Below, in pieces: positions 26,580 to 39,187 of a stretch of 64,000 nucleotides of DNA. The notes under the pieces are model-generated. The model was not told the DNA's origin. It was given only the letters and a program-made list of their open reading frames with translations, and made no database searches. The DNA lies in NCBI GenBank assembly GCA_040954595.2, contig CM082590.2, forward strand, positions 5,704,001 through 5,768,000, read 5' to 3'. Position 1 is the first letter of the stretch. Each line of letters begins with the position of its first letter. Source of the stretch: Balanoglossus misakiensis. Taxonomy: Eukaryota > Animalia > Hemichordata. A program made the position numbers and the translations under genes.

Positions 26580-29500
26580 TGTAACCTCAATTGGATATTG
26601 GCAATTAAATACAACTAAAATTTTATGGCTTGGAAATCCCTGAGAAAACTCCAATTATAACTTCTAATTAATTAAGTCAAAATTTATGTCAGAGAAAAGT
26701 TACACCTACCACTAACAATAGATTTGTCAAAATATGTGAATGCCATGTGTATATATTATGTAACCTCAATTGGATATTGGCAATTAAATACGACTAAAAT
26801 TTTAGGGCTTGGAAATCCCTGAGAATATTCCAATAATAACTTCTAATTAATTAAGTCAAAATTTATGTCAGAGAAAAGTTACACCTACCACTAACAATAG
26901 ATTTGTCAAAATATGTGAATGCCATGTGTATATATTATGTAACCTCAATTGGATATTGGCAATTAAATACGACTAAAATTTTAGGGCTTGGAAATCCCTG
27001 AGAATATTCCAATAATAACTTCTAATTAATTAAGTCAAAATTTATGTCAGAGAAAAGTTACACCTACCACTAACAATAGATTTGTCAAAATATGTGAATG
27101 CCATGTGTATATATTATGTAACCTCAATTGGATATTGGCAATTAAATACGACTAAAATTTTAGGGCTTGGAAATCCCTGAGAATATTCCAATAATAACTT
27201 CTAATTAATTAAGTCAAAATTTATGTCAGAGAAAAGTTACACCTACCACTAACAATAGATTTGTCAAAATATGTGAATGCCATGTGTATATATTATGTAA
27301 CCTCAATTGGATATTGGCAATTAAATACGACTAAAATTTTAGGGCTTGGAAATCCCTGAGAATATTCCAATAATAACTTCTAATTAATTAAGTCAAAATT
27401 TATGTCAAAGAAATGTTACACCTACCCCTAACAATAGATTTGTCAAAACATGTGAATGCCATGTGTATATATTATGTAACCTCAAATGGATATTGGCAAT
27501 TAAATACAACTAATATTTTATGGCTTGGAAATCCCTGAGAATACTCCGATTATAACTTGTAATTATTTAAGACAAAATTTATGTCAGAGAAAAGTTACAC
27601 CTATCCCTAACAATAGATTTGTCAAAATATGTGAATGCCATGTGTATATATTATGTCACCTCAAATGGATATTGGCAATTAAATACAACTAATATTTTAT
27701 GGCTTGGAAATCCCTGAGAATACTCCGATTATAACTTGTAATTATTTAAGACAAAATTTATGTCAGAGAAAAGTTACACCTATCCCTAACAATAGATTTG
27801 TCAAAATATGTGAATGCCATGTGTATATATTATGTAACCTCAAATGGATATTGGCAATTAAATACAACTAATATTTTATGGCTTGGAAATCCCTGAGAAT
27901 ACTCCGATTATAACTTGTAATTATTTAAGACAAAATTTATGTCAGAGAAAAGTTACACCTACCCTTAACAATAGATATGTCAAAATATGTGAATGCCATG
28001 TGTATATATTATGTAACCTCAAATTGGATATTGGCAATTAAATACAACTAAAATTTTTATGTCTGGGAAATCCCTGAGAATACTCCGATTATAACTTGTA
28101 ATTATTTAAGACAAAATTTATGTCAGAGAAAAGTTACACCTACCCCTAACAATAGATATGTCAAAATATGTGAATGCCATGTGTATATATTATGTAACCT
28201 CAAATTGGATATTGGCAATTAAATACAACTAATATTTTATGGCTTGGAAATCCCTGAGAATACTCCGATTATAACTTGTAATTATTTAAGTCAAAATTTA
28301 TGTCAGAGAAAAGTTACACCTACCCCTAACAATAGATTTGTCAAAATATGTGAATGCCCTGTGTATATATTATGTAACCTCAATTGGATATTGGCAATTA
28401 AATACGAATAAAATTTTATGGCTTGGAAATCCCCGAGAATACTCCAATTATAACTTCTAATTAATTAAGTCAAAATTTATGTCAGAGAAAAGTTACACCT
28501 ACCACTAACAATAGATTTGTCAAAATATGTGAATGCCATGTGTATATATTATGTAACCTCAATTGGATATTGGCAATTAAATACGACTAAAATTTTATGG
28601 CTTGGAAATCCCTGAGAATATTCCAATAATAACTTCTAATTAATTAAGTCAAAATTTATGTCAGAGAAAAGTTACACATACCCCTCACAATAGATTTGTC
28701 AAAATATGTGAATGCCATGTGTATATATTATGTCACCTCAATTGGATATTGGCAATTAAATACAACTAAAATTTAATTGCTGGGAAATCCCTGCGAATAC
28801 TCCAATTATAACTTCTAAATATAGCTGTGAACAGCAATAAGCGGGTTTCGAGACACTACTAGCCCTATTGGTTCGCCTGGAGATAGATTTGTGCATATTT
28901 AATTACTGCATTAGTTGTTCTATCACTCCAAATGCCAAGGGTGTATGTGCTGTGGATGCTGAGATGTGGAAAAGTAGGTCAAAGGTCACGTGAGGTCACG
29001 CTTAATATGAGCAGAAAATGTTTACGCTATACTGGTCCATGTCAAACAAAAACCAGACCTGTAGCCCTACTGGTTTACCTGGAATTAGGTATGCACATAA
29101 TTAATGAGTTAGGCAGGTGTCACAGGTGACTCTAAAATTTGGCTTCTTATTTTGGTCCCGTCCACCCAAACACCTAAACTGTACCTGCTCTGGATGCCGA
29201 GATATGTGAAAGTAGGTCAAAGGTCACCCAAGGTCACCCAAAATTTGGGGAAAAAATTTGACCCCATACTGGTCCATGTCCGACAAAAACCAGACCTGTT
29301 GCCCTATTGGTTTGCCTGGAATTAGGTATGCACATAATTAATGAGTTGAGCAGGTGTCACAGGTGAGCCTTAAATTTGGCTTCTTATTTTGGTCCCATCC
29401 ACCCAAACACCTGAGCTGTACCTGCTCTGGATGCTGAGATATGCGAAAGTAGGTCAAAGGTCACCCAAGGTCACCCAAAATTTGGGGAAAAAATTTGACC

Positions 29501-31040
29501 CCATACTGGTCCATGTCCGACAAAAACCAGACCTGTAGCCCTATTGGTTTGCCTGGAATTAGGTATGCACATAATTAATGAGTTGAGCAGGTGTCACAGG
29601 TGAGCCTTAAATTTGGCTTCTTATTTTGGTCCCATCCACCCAAACACCTGAGCTGTACCTGCTCTGGATGCTGAGATATGCGAAAGTAGGTCAAAGGTCA
29701 CCCAAGGTCACCCAAAATTTGGGGAAAAAATTTGACCCCATACTGGTCCATGTCCGACAAAAACCAGACCTGTAGCCCTATTGGTTTGCCTGGAATTAGG
29801 TATGCACATAATTAATGAGTTGAGCAGGTGTCACAGGTGAGCCTTAAATTTGGCTTCTTATTTTGGTCCTATGCTGCAGACTATTGCACTGACCAGAATT
29901 CTACAAAACTATGTGGCCATAGCTTAAGTATAGTGGAATAAGTATAGGTATAGATTTCATAAAAAAATTAATCTAAAAAAATAGGTCGATTTTCCATACT
30001 ATTTTTTCCAGTTGGAAATGATTGTCGGAAGGTAGGCTAGCTGCACACAAAATTTGAAGCTGATCAGCCCAGCGGATGTTGAGATATTGGGCATAAATCT
30101 AAAATCCTAGGGGGCCATTGCTTAACCATGGAAAGAATAGGCCAATGGCTGGGTCCAATGGTCATGGAAAATGTGAAAAATAATGCTTTAAAAATCATCT
30201 CCTCAAAATCGGCAAGGACTTAGACATTGAAATTTGGCATATAGGACCCTGGCCATATGGTCCACAAAGTTTCTGAACAGAATTTGGATTCTTCATTTTT
30301 TATGCAAATTAGACCAATTTAAAAGTTTAAATCCAAGATGGCTGCCAGGTCATGTGACCTGTTGCCATAGTGACATGATCATAAAATTACTTGCTTTGAG
30401 TTTTACCTATGAGCCAAATTTCAAGTCATTGGGTGCAACGGTCTTCGAATAGCGGCTGTTTTTAAAAGTGGGAAGAAGAATAATAATAATAAAAAACAAC
30501 ACGATTTCAAGAGGGTTTCGAGACCCCTCTGGTCTCGAAACCCTAATTAATTAAATCAAAATTTTTGTCAGAGAAAAAATGTTACACCTACCCCTAACAT
30601 TAGATTTGTCAAAATATGTGAATGTCATGTGTATATATTATGTCACCTCAATTGGATATTGGCAATTAAATACGACTAAAATTTTAGGGCTTGGAAATCC
30701 CTGAGAATATTCCAATAATAACTTCTAATTAATTAAGTCAAAATTTATGTCAGAGAAAAGTTACACCTACCCCTAACAATAGATTTGTCAAAATATGTGA
30801 ATGCCATGTGTATATATTATGTCACCTCAATTGGATATTGGCAATTAAATACAACTAAAATTTTAGGGCTTGGAAATCCCTGAGAATACTCCAATTATAA
30901 CTTGTAATTAATTAAGTCAAAATTTATGTCAGAGAAAAGTTACACCTACCCCTAACAATAGATTTGTCAAAATATGTGAATGCCATGTGTATATATTATG
31001 TCACCTCAATTGGATATTGGCAATTAAATACGACTAAAAT
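26580..31040. repeat. Satellite C array, macro-unit 4 (~15 copies, interrupted at 28819-30545)
   Basis: 179-bp period, with locally homogenised variant blocks: ATTCCAATAATAAC copies at 26.8-27.4 kb and ACTCCGATTATAACTTG copies at 27.5-28.3 kb. Confidence 0.97.
28819..30545 (-). mobile_element. Complete Helentron-associated element (HINE/DINE-like), family A, with a ~237-bp internal tandem core
   Basis: Reverse complement of 46447-46507 joined to 57850-59278. One end has the GGGTTTCGAGAC...GTCTCGAAACCC inverted repeat. The other end has the matching subterminal motif plus the GCTGTGAACAGC stem-loop. It is inserted in CTAA/TTAA of a satellite C monomer with no clear TSD. GGTCCATGTC recurs at 29034, 29271, 29508 and 29745. 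Confidence 0.9.
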
Positions 31041-31913
31041 GTTGTAGCTTTATAGTTCATCCCGAGATATAATCCAATAAACTTTTTGGATGCTTTCATA
31101 CAGTATTATAGTCATTTACATCCAATCCAGTTCTAAAACTCAAATTCAAGATTGTTTACAATGTTTGTTACTCATGAATTTTGACCTCAAGTTGACACAT
31201 GTAGTCAATCAGTGGAGACAATCTGACCAAAAATTAATTTTAATTGCCTCATCTAGTCCACCCCTATGAAGCTTGCTTGTCCAGGCAATAAAGCCATATA
31301 CCTGAGCTGAGCATTGCCATATTTTGAAGCAGCAAGTTATAGAGTCGTAGATAGATAAAGTCCATTTTGACCTGGTTGTATCGAACAAAGAAAATTGCTG
31401 GAAAGACTTTAAAACTGCCTTTGCTGCTCTGGCCAAGTTTTGTGTACTTAACTGTGCAAAGTTATTTCTGTTCAGCTCGCGTCTTCAGTGCCCCCAGCTC
31501 ACATAGATGAGGTGCCTTCGTGCCTGGGGAGAGATGATTGCTGATAGTCTTTAATTGGGCTCTGGGAATGTGGGCTAATTGCTCTGACTGACTCGATAAG
31601 TCTACAATTAATGTGGATTAATTAAATGTTGACAGAATGAAGAGTGCAGATATGAAGTCAAGTTTGGCCCACAAAACTTCAGTTATGTATTTTGACTATC
31701 TTTGAATAAGCAAATTAATGAACTTGACATTGCATAAGTAAAGTTTCAAATAGTCATTACTATCACATAAATGTCTCCAAAAGCTGACATGAAAACATGG
31801 AATGAGAATTGTGTAATATTTATAATTCCATTGACATCGGCGGACATGCAGGGTGAAAATATTTCCATTCCACGTAGGTGAAGATTCTTTCAACCCTGCC
31901 AAAGGAAATATTA

Positions 31914-32130
31914 GGCTGCATTCACAAACACCTCTGGAGGGGGGGGGGGGGAGAATTGAGGGGGGGATTTGAAAAAAATTGAGGGTATGTAAGGGGGGAT
32001 TTGAAATAATTTAGGGACTGAAAGGGGGGGGACTTGAAAACTTTGACGACTAAATATTTATTTTGAGTCCACAAAAATGCAGTTTCGCGCCCTTTATTTT
32101 CCAAAATTTTCTAATGTGGGAGGGGGACAC
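31914..32130. mobile_element. One-ended copy of the GGCTGCATTCAC Harbinger-type MITE, with loss of ~30 bp of host sequence
   Basis: TTA followed by GGCTGCATTCACAAACACCTCTGG; it is the reverse complement of most of 25125-25316. The second TIR is absent and host segment X resumes at TAAATGGCAGG. Confidence 0.85.
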
Positions 32131-34181
32131 TAAATGGCAGGTTTGAATGACGCAATTATAAAACAGAACAGAAACAAAAAAATATTGAATGGAAGATGCA
32201 ATCATACAAATTGATCAGCACAATTATTGGTATATGCATATTAGTGTTCATTGCTAGATGCACTGCTCACAATGGATATATTTTTTGTTTTTGTGTTCAC
32301 AAAGTTTCTTTGCGTGCAGTCAATTACACACAGCACTGAACCTCAAAAGTTGTCATTTTCTGCAACAATTAAACCATAATATTTAATGCAAACAATTATG
32401 GAATAATTACATGTAATTCATTTGTACTTTTATTTTCATTGGTGTTGATTTGAAACCCAGTCAGTATCTCATTTTCTGTTCCACACAGAAACAAACTTTC
32501 AGCCTCATTTGACCATCAAGCTCCAGTCTATGTACATGTATTAGTCCCACCATGAACGACGTCCATAATCGCACGTATCTCTTCTTGTACGTGGAAGCTA
32601 CAGGTCCACTTTGAGCGTTACACCCTGACTGTATTGTCCATGTCGTCGCTCGATACCACACAGATAAGATAAATCAACATGAATCGTTAAAGTTTAATCT
32701 TGGGTCTACTATCCCTATGTATAGCTGAGTGCCAATTACTGTTAGCAACAATGTTATTTTGCAATAATTATCAGAGTGTATTTTGGCCAGAGTGGAAGAT
32801 ACCTGTGTTCTCTCTGATAATTTATCCCCAAAGTTGCTATAGATTCCCCTCTTAAGGATCTACGTGCAGAACGTAAAATTGTAAACTGTGCAAATTAGTA
32901 TGCATTTGTCTTTTCCCATGAAGGATTACATTGAGAATCGCTAGAAAAAATCACTTCTACTATTGTCAGTTTCACGAAATTATACACATAGTCAGTCAAG
33001 TAAAAATAAATTCATTGGTCAAATAAAATTGTGTGGTCACCACGCTCTATTTTGTGAAAAACTTTATTAAATGTTTTGCCCATAGACAAACCATTGGTGA
33101 AAAATGCTGAATCATTCACAGCCTTGTATTTCAAGGGCAAGCGCGGTGGGGCCCATATTTTATCACATATTTTGTATGCTTATAAAGGAGAAACCAAAAA
33201 TAACAATTTCAATTTCACTGAACATACATCCTCAATATAATTTTTGTAAAGATATGTGTGGTAACAGGATTTTGGCATCTTTGCCATCGTCGACGTTTCG
33301 CCATCTCTAAAGATCATGAAAAAAATAGTTTAGAATGGAGTACCCTCAGAAACCTCTTAAAATGTTGTGTGTTTATCTGTGTGATACCATGAGGCGATCG
33401 ATGATATGGTCAGGGCATTGTCGCCAAAGGGGACCCTACCTGTCCTGATGATATGGTCAGGGCATTGTGGCCATAGGGGACTGTACCTGTCCTTTCTGAT
33501 AAGGGGTAAATCACAAACAAAGAGAAAATTGTTTCTCGTTATCTTTGACTGCATGGGCAAATAAAATTCTCAAGCTCTTTCCAACCCAGACGCGAAAATT
33601 TAGAATCTATTCAAGACATTTAAATATAATTAAGATGAAGAGAATTTAACTGTCGTTGCATGCACCTATAACTTACCGGTATAAGGGCCACTATGAATGC
33701 TGTGTCTATAATGATTCATCCAGGCCTGTATGTGATCATGCACTATCCTAGTCTAGTATCTAGCGGTATTTTGTCTGCTTTGCCTCCCAAAGTAACGTCT
33801 ATAGCCTCACTCGTGCCACTGGCCTAAGGGACCGTTCAGTTTTTATGCCTGGGGGAGGGGGGGGGGACAAAATCCAGGGGGTCACTTAAATTTTGAAATC
33901 CAAAAGGGTGGGGGGGGGGTCATCTTTTTTTTAAAAACGTTTAGGGGGTTCACATACTTTTGAGTACACAAAATTGCAGTATTGCGACCTTTATTTAACA
34001 AAATTTTCTGATGTGGGAGGGGGACACCCACACCCACCCCTTCCATTCTTTGCCACATTTCATTTATTGGCTGGTTTGTCTAGTGTACTAGGGCAGGCTA
34101 CTTGCCACCCCACCCCATCGATGCTAACTTAAAGTGGAGTGGCAAAAGTAAAATTGGACATGGACACCCCCTCCCACACCC

Positions 34182-34389
34182 GAATCTGGTTCACTTAGTG
34201 GACACGACTAATACCCCCTGGGCGATACCATTATTTTTAGGGGCGAGGGGTGGCAATGAGGGTGAGTTAGGATTAGGGTTAGGAGGGTTAGGGGTGGCAA
34301 TGTGTGGGTGAGTTTAACCCTAACCCTAACCCTAAAAAATAATGGTATCGCCCAGGGGTATAGTCGTGTCCACTAAGTGAACCAGATCC
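34182..34389. mobile_element. Mutator-like (MULE) MITE with internal TTAGGG/CCCTAA repeats
   Basis: ~58-bp TIRs G(A/G)ATCTGGTTCACTTAGTGGACACGACTA.... The 9-bp TSD CCCACACCC is at 34173-34181 and 34390-34398. TTAGGG-like units follow the left TIR and (AACCCT)3 precedes the right TIR. Confidence 0.88.
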
Positions 34390-34515
34390 CCCACACCCAC
34401 CCCCGCCACTTTTCTTCGCCACAGCTATATACTAGTGTACCAGGGCATTGTACTTGCCACCCCACCCCCACCGATGCTAACTTTGAGTGGCAAAAGTAAA
34501 ATTGGTCCTCCCTAA

Positions 34516-35690
34516 GGGACCGTTCAGTTTTTACGGCAGGGGGGGGGGCCGGCAAGTTTGTGTCATCGGTTCTCAAAATCAGGCCGACCCCCCCTTCACC
34601 CCGGACCAAAAAATGATGACCCCCCCTTTGACAGACCCAAAAATATGATGACCCCCCCCCCCACGCCCAAAACATTCGCCGTCCTGATCCTATGTACACT
34701 GTATGCAATAAAGGGAATGAGGCTCCTCACACCTAAATTATATATTTCCTAAAGTATTATTGAAGTATATAATAGTATATCGTTGCAATAAAGAAATCTA
34801 TGAACAAATTAAAACGACAAGTCAATACAATAGTTGCTAGAATCGGTAAAACAAGAAAAGTGGCGGGGGTGGGCGTGGGAGGGGGTGTCCCCCTCCCACA
34901 TAAGAAAATTTTGTAAAATACGGTGCTCAAAGTTGCAATTTAATGAACTCAAAAGCAAATTAACTCAATGTTAGGGAGGACAAATTTTAATTTTGCCACT
35001 CCACTAAAAGTAAGCATCGGGGGTGGGGTGGCAAGAAGTCTTCCCTGGTACACTAGACAAACCAGTGAATAAATGCAATGTGGCGAAGAATGGAGGGGGT
35101 GGGTGTGGGAGGGGGTGTCCCCCTCCCACATAAGAAAATTTTGTAAAATATGTAGCGCAAAGTTGCATTTTAATGAACTCAAAAGCAAATTATCTCAATG
35201 TTTGGGAGGACCAATTTTACTTTTTGCCACTCCACTCAAAGTTAGAAGATTTGGCGTCATCTTGTCATGACATCATTTATAAAACTTCTAGTACATAGAA
35301 GATGCAGCGCGAAACTATCAGTTATGCACAATTATTCTCCTTTATGTATTCACTTTGTTAAATATTATCATTGGTGGGGTTGGGGTGGCAAGCACTCTGC
35401 CCTGGTACACTAGACAAACCGGCAAAAAATGAAATGTGGCGGAGAATGAATGGGGTGGGTGTGGGAGGGGGTGTCCCCCTCCCACATTAGAAAATTTTGT
35501 AAAATAAAGGGTGCGAAACTGCAATTTTGTGGACTCAAAAGCAAAAGTTCGGTGGCAAAAGTATGTGACCCCCCCCTAAACGTTTAAAAAAAACAGATGA
35601 CCCCCCCCCCCTTGTGGACTTCAAAATTTAAGTGACCCCCCCCTGGATTTTGCCGGCCCCCCCCCCCGGCCGTAAAAACTGAACGGTCCC
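34516..35690. mobile_element. PIF/Harbinger-type element, same family as 33828-36013, nested inside it in the opposite orientation
   Basis: TIR GGGACCGTTCAGTTTTTACGGC / GCCGTAAAAACTGAACGGTCCC. TSD TAA at 34513-34515 and 35691-35693. Its right arm is the reverse complement of the outer copy's left arm. Confidence 0.92.
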
Positions 35691-36050
35691 TAACATTGAG
35701 TTTATTTGCTTTTGAGTTCACTAAAATGTAACTTTGAGCTCCCTATTTTACACAATTTTCTTAGGTGGGAGGGGGACACCCCTTCCCACAACCATCCCTA
35801 CCACTTTTCTTGTTTTACCAATTGTAGTAAGTATTGTATTGACTTGTCATTTTAATTTATTCTTAAATTTCTTTATTGGGGACATCACATTTTTGGGCCT
35901 GTCAAAGGGGGTGGGTCACCATTTTTGGGTCCTGGGTGAAAGGGGGTCGATCTGATTTGAAAACAGATGACACAAACCTGCCACCCCCCCAGCCATTAAA
36001 ACTGAACGGTCCCTAATAAAACCTGATATCCCTTGCTGGGATTAATGATC

Positions 36051-36300
36051 GTACCTGGGGAGAGATGACTGCTGATAGTCTAAAGCTTGGGTTCCTGGGA
36101 AGCGTGCTAATTGTTCTGACTGACTCGATGAAGTCAAGTTTGGCCCACAAAACTTCAGTTATGTGTTTCACTTTTTATGAAGAAGCAAATTAATTTAATA
36201 ACTTGATATTGCAATAGTAAACAAAGTATGAATTACTATCACATGAATGTCACCAAAAACCAACACGTGAACATGAAGTGAGAATTGTGTAACATTAATT
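36051..36300 (+). repeat. Diverged partial copy of macro-repeat segment Z
   Basis: CCTGGGGAGAGATGACTGCTGATAGTCTAAAGCTTGGG...GAAGTCAAGTTTGGCCCACAAAACTTCAGTTATG matches 14573-14870 and 19339-19640, with deletions and many substitutions. Confidence 0.85.
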
Positions 36301-36633
36301 CCAGCTTCCGCAATATATTTTGCTTGACCTATTCTATTTACATTTTGTGAATGGATTGTTCTGTCAAAATGTGCATTATGACTGTGCAAAACAGTTTCAG
36401 AAATATGTGCCATCATGATTCTGACAAATAGGGGTTTATTTTTCTTTGTAGTGCAGCTTGTATTTTTTACTTATACCTATTAAATTTTTTACAGATACAG
36501 TCTTCAAAATCAAATGATTAGCTAGACTGCGCAATCCCAACAAACTAACTCGCCAGTTGAACTCAAGACTGCAACATCGTGCTATGATAAAATTTGTGAA
36601 TGAATGCCAAGGCAATGTTAATGACATATAACA

Positions 36634-36663
36634 ATGGCTTCCCAGGAATATAAAGATCCAGAG
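36634..36663 (+). CDS. Putative first coding exon of an ankyrin-repeat protein (MASQEYKDPE)
   Basis: ACAATGG start context, an in-frame upstream TGA (36622-36624), 10 codons and a strong phase-0 donor GAG|GTAAGT that joins in frame to 43296. A candidate acceptor TTTTTTACAG ends at 36494. The exon is short, so it rests on signals only. Confidence 0.55.
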
Positions 36664-37117
36664 GTAAGTGAAGTTTGAACTGAACGGGCAACAGTTTCTG
36701 AGTTTGTAGAAGTCCGTCTCTGGTCATGGACGCCCATAATCTAATCAACAGGTGTTTCAGAATAAATATCCGTCTGCTGAGATTATTCATGGTTCGGGTG
36801 GACTGAAACTTTTGAAGGACAAAATTTACAAATTACCGCTCGGACAGAACGTGCCGCAGCAAAATGGCAGTTGTGAAAACTTGACAAATTGTCGATGAAA
36901 TTCAACACTACACACAGCAACTTGTAGACACGGCAATATATGTGGGCTCCAATTGCAAGTCAGCTCCAACCAGATCTGTGTTATGCGTGTATTGTACCCC
37001 TAAAATGTTTGTCTACACGCGAAGCTCTGATTTGTTCTGCATGACAATGACTGTCCAAACATCTGTGGAATTCAGTCAGTCAATCCGTGAGTTCTGAGTG
37101 AGGTGTCTGTGTGGATC

Positions 37118-37688
37118 GAGAGACTGTGGGTGGGGCACACAACTTGTAACAATTAACATCATGGAGAGACTGTGGGTGGGGCACACAACTTGTATTGTAA
37201 CAATTAACATCATGGAGAGACTGTGGGTGGGGCACACAACTTGTAACAATTAACATCATGGAGAGACTGTGGGTGGGGCACACAACTTGTAACAATTAAC
37301 ATCACGGAGAGACTGTGGGTGGGGCACGCAACTTGTAACAATTAACATCACGGAGAGACTGTGGGTGGGGCACGCAACTTGTAACAATTAACATCATGGA
37401 GAGACTGTGGGTGGGGCACGCAACTTGTAACAATTAACATCATGGAGAGACTGTGGGGAGAGACTGTGGGTGGGGCACGCAACTTGTAACAATTAACATC
37501 ACGGAGAGACTGTGGGTGGGGCACGCAACTTGTAACAATTAACATCATGGAGAGACTGTGGGTGGGGCACACAACTTGTAACAATTAACATCATGGAGAG
37601 ACTGTGGGTGGGGCACACAACTTGTAACAATTAACATCATGGAGAGACTGTGGGTGGGGCACACAACTTGTAACAATTAACATCATGG
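37118..37688. repeat. 46-bp minisatellite (~12 copies), intronic
   Basis: GAGAGACTGTGGGTGGGGCAC(A/G)CAACTTGTAACAATTAACATCA(T/C)G repeats in tandem. Confidence 0.97.
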
Positions 37689-37956
37689 AAACTGTTCGTT
37701 GTTTGTGCTGGACATAAAAAGATTTGACTTGTAATAAACTGCTCGTCATATTTCATTATCACAATCAATCGTTTTCAATCTATGTCTGTATTACTGTATA
37801 GTCAATCATTTCAGAGTCTGATTAGCATCTCTACAGTGGCTCACTCCACATAGATACCAATTACCATATCAAAAGACAATGACCTTTCTGACCTGTGCAA
37901 GTTCATTCAAGGTGACACAAATGTTGATTGCAAGCGAAGGGTGTTTCAGCCGCACT

Positions 37957-39118
37957 TATAGTCTAGTCAATCTACGAGATTTCAACATTTGGGCACCTAA
38001 CCCACCACAAATTGCAACAGAATTTTTTTCTTCAGAATATATTTTGGAGAGGTGTCTAGAACAACATATCAAAAATGCACCCGAATCCATTTTGTGGAAA
38101 TATGTCTAATTTGCATAAATTTAATATTGAAAATTTTGGAGCCAAATATCAAGAAAAAAACAGGACATTTTCCATTATTTTAAAGTTTAAAAATATTTCT
38201 TTTGCATGAAGAACCATTTTGGAATAATATTTGACATAGGCATGTTTCATAATTTGCATAAATTCAATATGCTGAACAGTATTCCTACAAAACCATATAT
38301 GGGCAGCATATCGGGTACTACGTAAGCTATTTTAGTGTTTTTAATTCAAAACTATCTCTCTGACATTTGGAACAATTTTGAAAATATTTTGTTTAAATTT
38401 GCATGTTATATTTTGCATAAATCCAATATGGCCGCCAAATGAATGTTTGACAGTTTATCATACTCCAGAATATATAATAAGGTTCTACCATAGAATATAT
38501 GTTGTAGCACTAGAAATGCGTAACGAAGCAAATATAAAACTCCCCTACATTAATATGTAAAACGAAAATGTAATAGCAATGCAACAAATAATTATAATCA
38601 CATGACTTCATTAAACCTGACATCGGTTTAACGATATACTTCCTAAAGTATTAAAATGTCAAGTAGATTATTATTTAACTTGAAGGTCGTACTTTATCTC
38701 CGAAAATAATATTTAAATCATATATCTAAGTCTTAAAATTCAGCTGAAACGTATTCTGGCAATTTGGTTACACGAACACCTGTTAAATAAACTGAGATGT
38801 TACCTTACTATTTTTCACTCCATTAGCTATAACTTAGACCTTCTTTTTCAGTGTATGCTTGAATTTGGAACCATTTTTCATTCTCTTTTGTGTATTTTTC
38901 TAGTGCTAAAACATATTTTCTATGCCAGAACCTTATTGTATATGGTGGAGTATGATACTAAGCTGTCAACCATTCATTTGGCGGCCATATTTGATTTATG
39001 CAGAATATAAAGTGCAAATATAAACAGAATTTTTTTTTTAATTGTTCCAAATGTCATAGAGATAATTTTGAATAAAAAAACACTAAATAGCTTACTAAGT
39101 ATCCAATATACAGCCCAA
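37957..39118. mobile_element. Truncated AT-rich element with diverged internal inverted repeats
   Basis: ~38300-38490 (…ATATGGCCGCCAAATGAATGTTTGACAGTTTATCATACTCCA) is the imperfect reverse complement of ~38925-39118. A ~190-bp host duplication flanks the segment. Confidence 0.6.
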
Positions 39119-39187
39119 ATCGTTTTCAATCTATGTCTGTATTAATTACTGTATAGTCAATCATTCCAGAGTCTGATTAGCATCTCT

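Larger units (their letters stand above)
8830..33612. repeat. Compound macro-repeat: ~5 head-to-tail units of X(~850 bp)-[132-bp]n-Y(~1150 bp, contains [47-bp]n)-[179-bp]n-Z(~850 bp)
   Basis: The X start GAAGATT(C/T)TTTCAAC recurs at ~8832, 14927, 19694 and 31880. The Y start AACTGTGCAAATTAGTATGC recurs at ~11287, 15925, 21741, 25349 and 32885. The Z start AGCTTTATAGTTCATCCC recurs at ~14086, 18851 and 31046. Confidence 0.95.
33828..36013. mobile_element. PIF/Harbinger-type non-autonomous element (outer copy)
   Basis: TIR GGGACCGTTCAGTTTT / AAAACTGAACGGTCCC. TSD TAA at 33825-33827 and 36014-36016. Confidence 0.9.

Noticed and set aside
28932-29129. ORFs from the ~238-bp core (also 49681-50448, 52985-53279, 56883-59163, 62069-62710)
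   Set aside because: Chance frames in HINE tandem cores, with no Rep or helicase motifs.
9685-31040. CRISPR-like regular arrays
   Set aside because: Whole monomers repeat with no unique spacers, there are no cas genes, and the context is eukaryotic.
34266-34336. Telomere fusion site
   Set aside because: The repeats are few and enclosed by TIRs and a 9-bp TSD, so they belong to a transposon.
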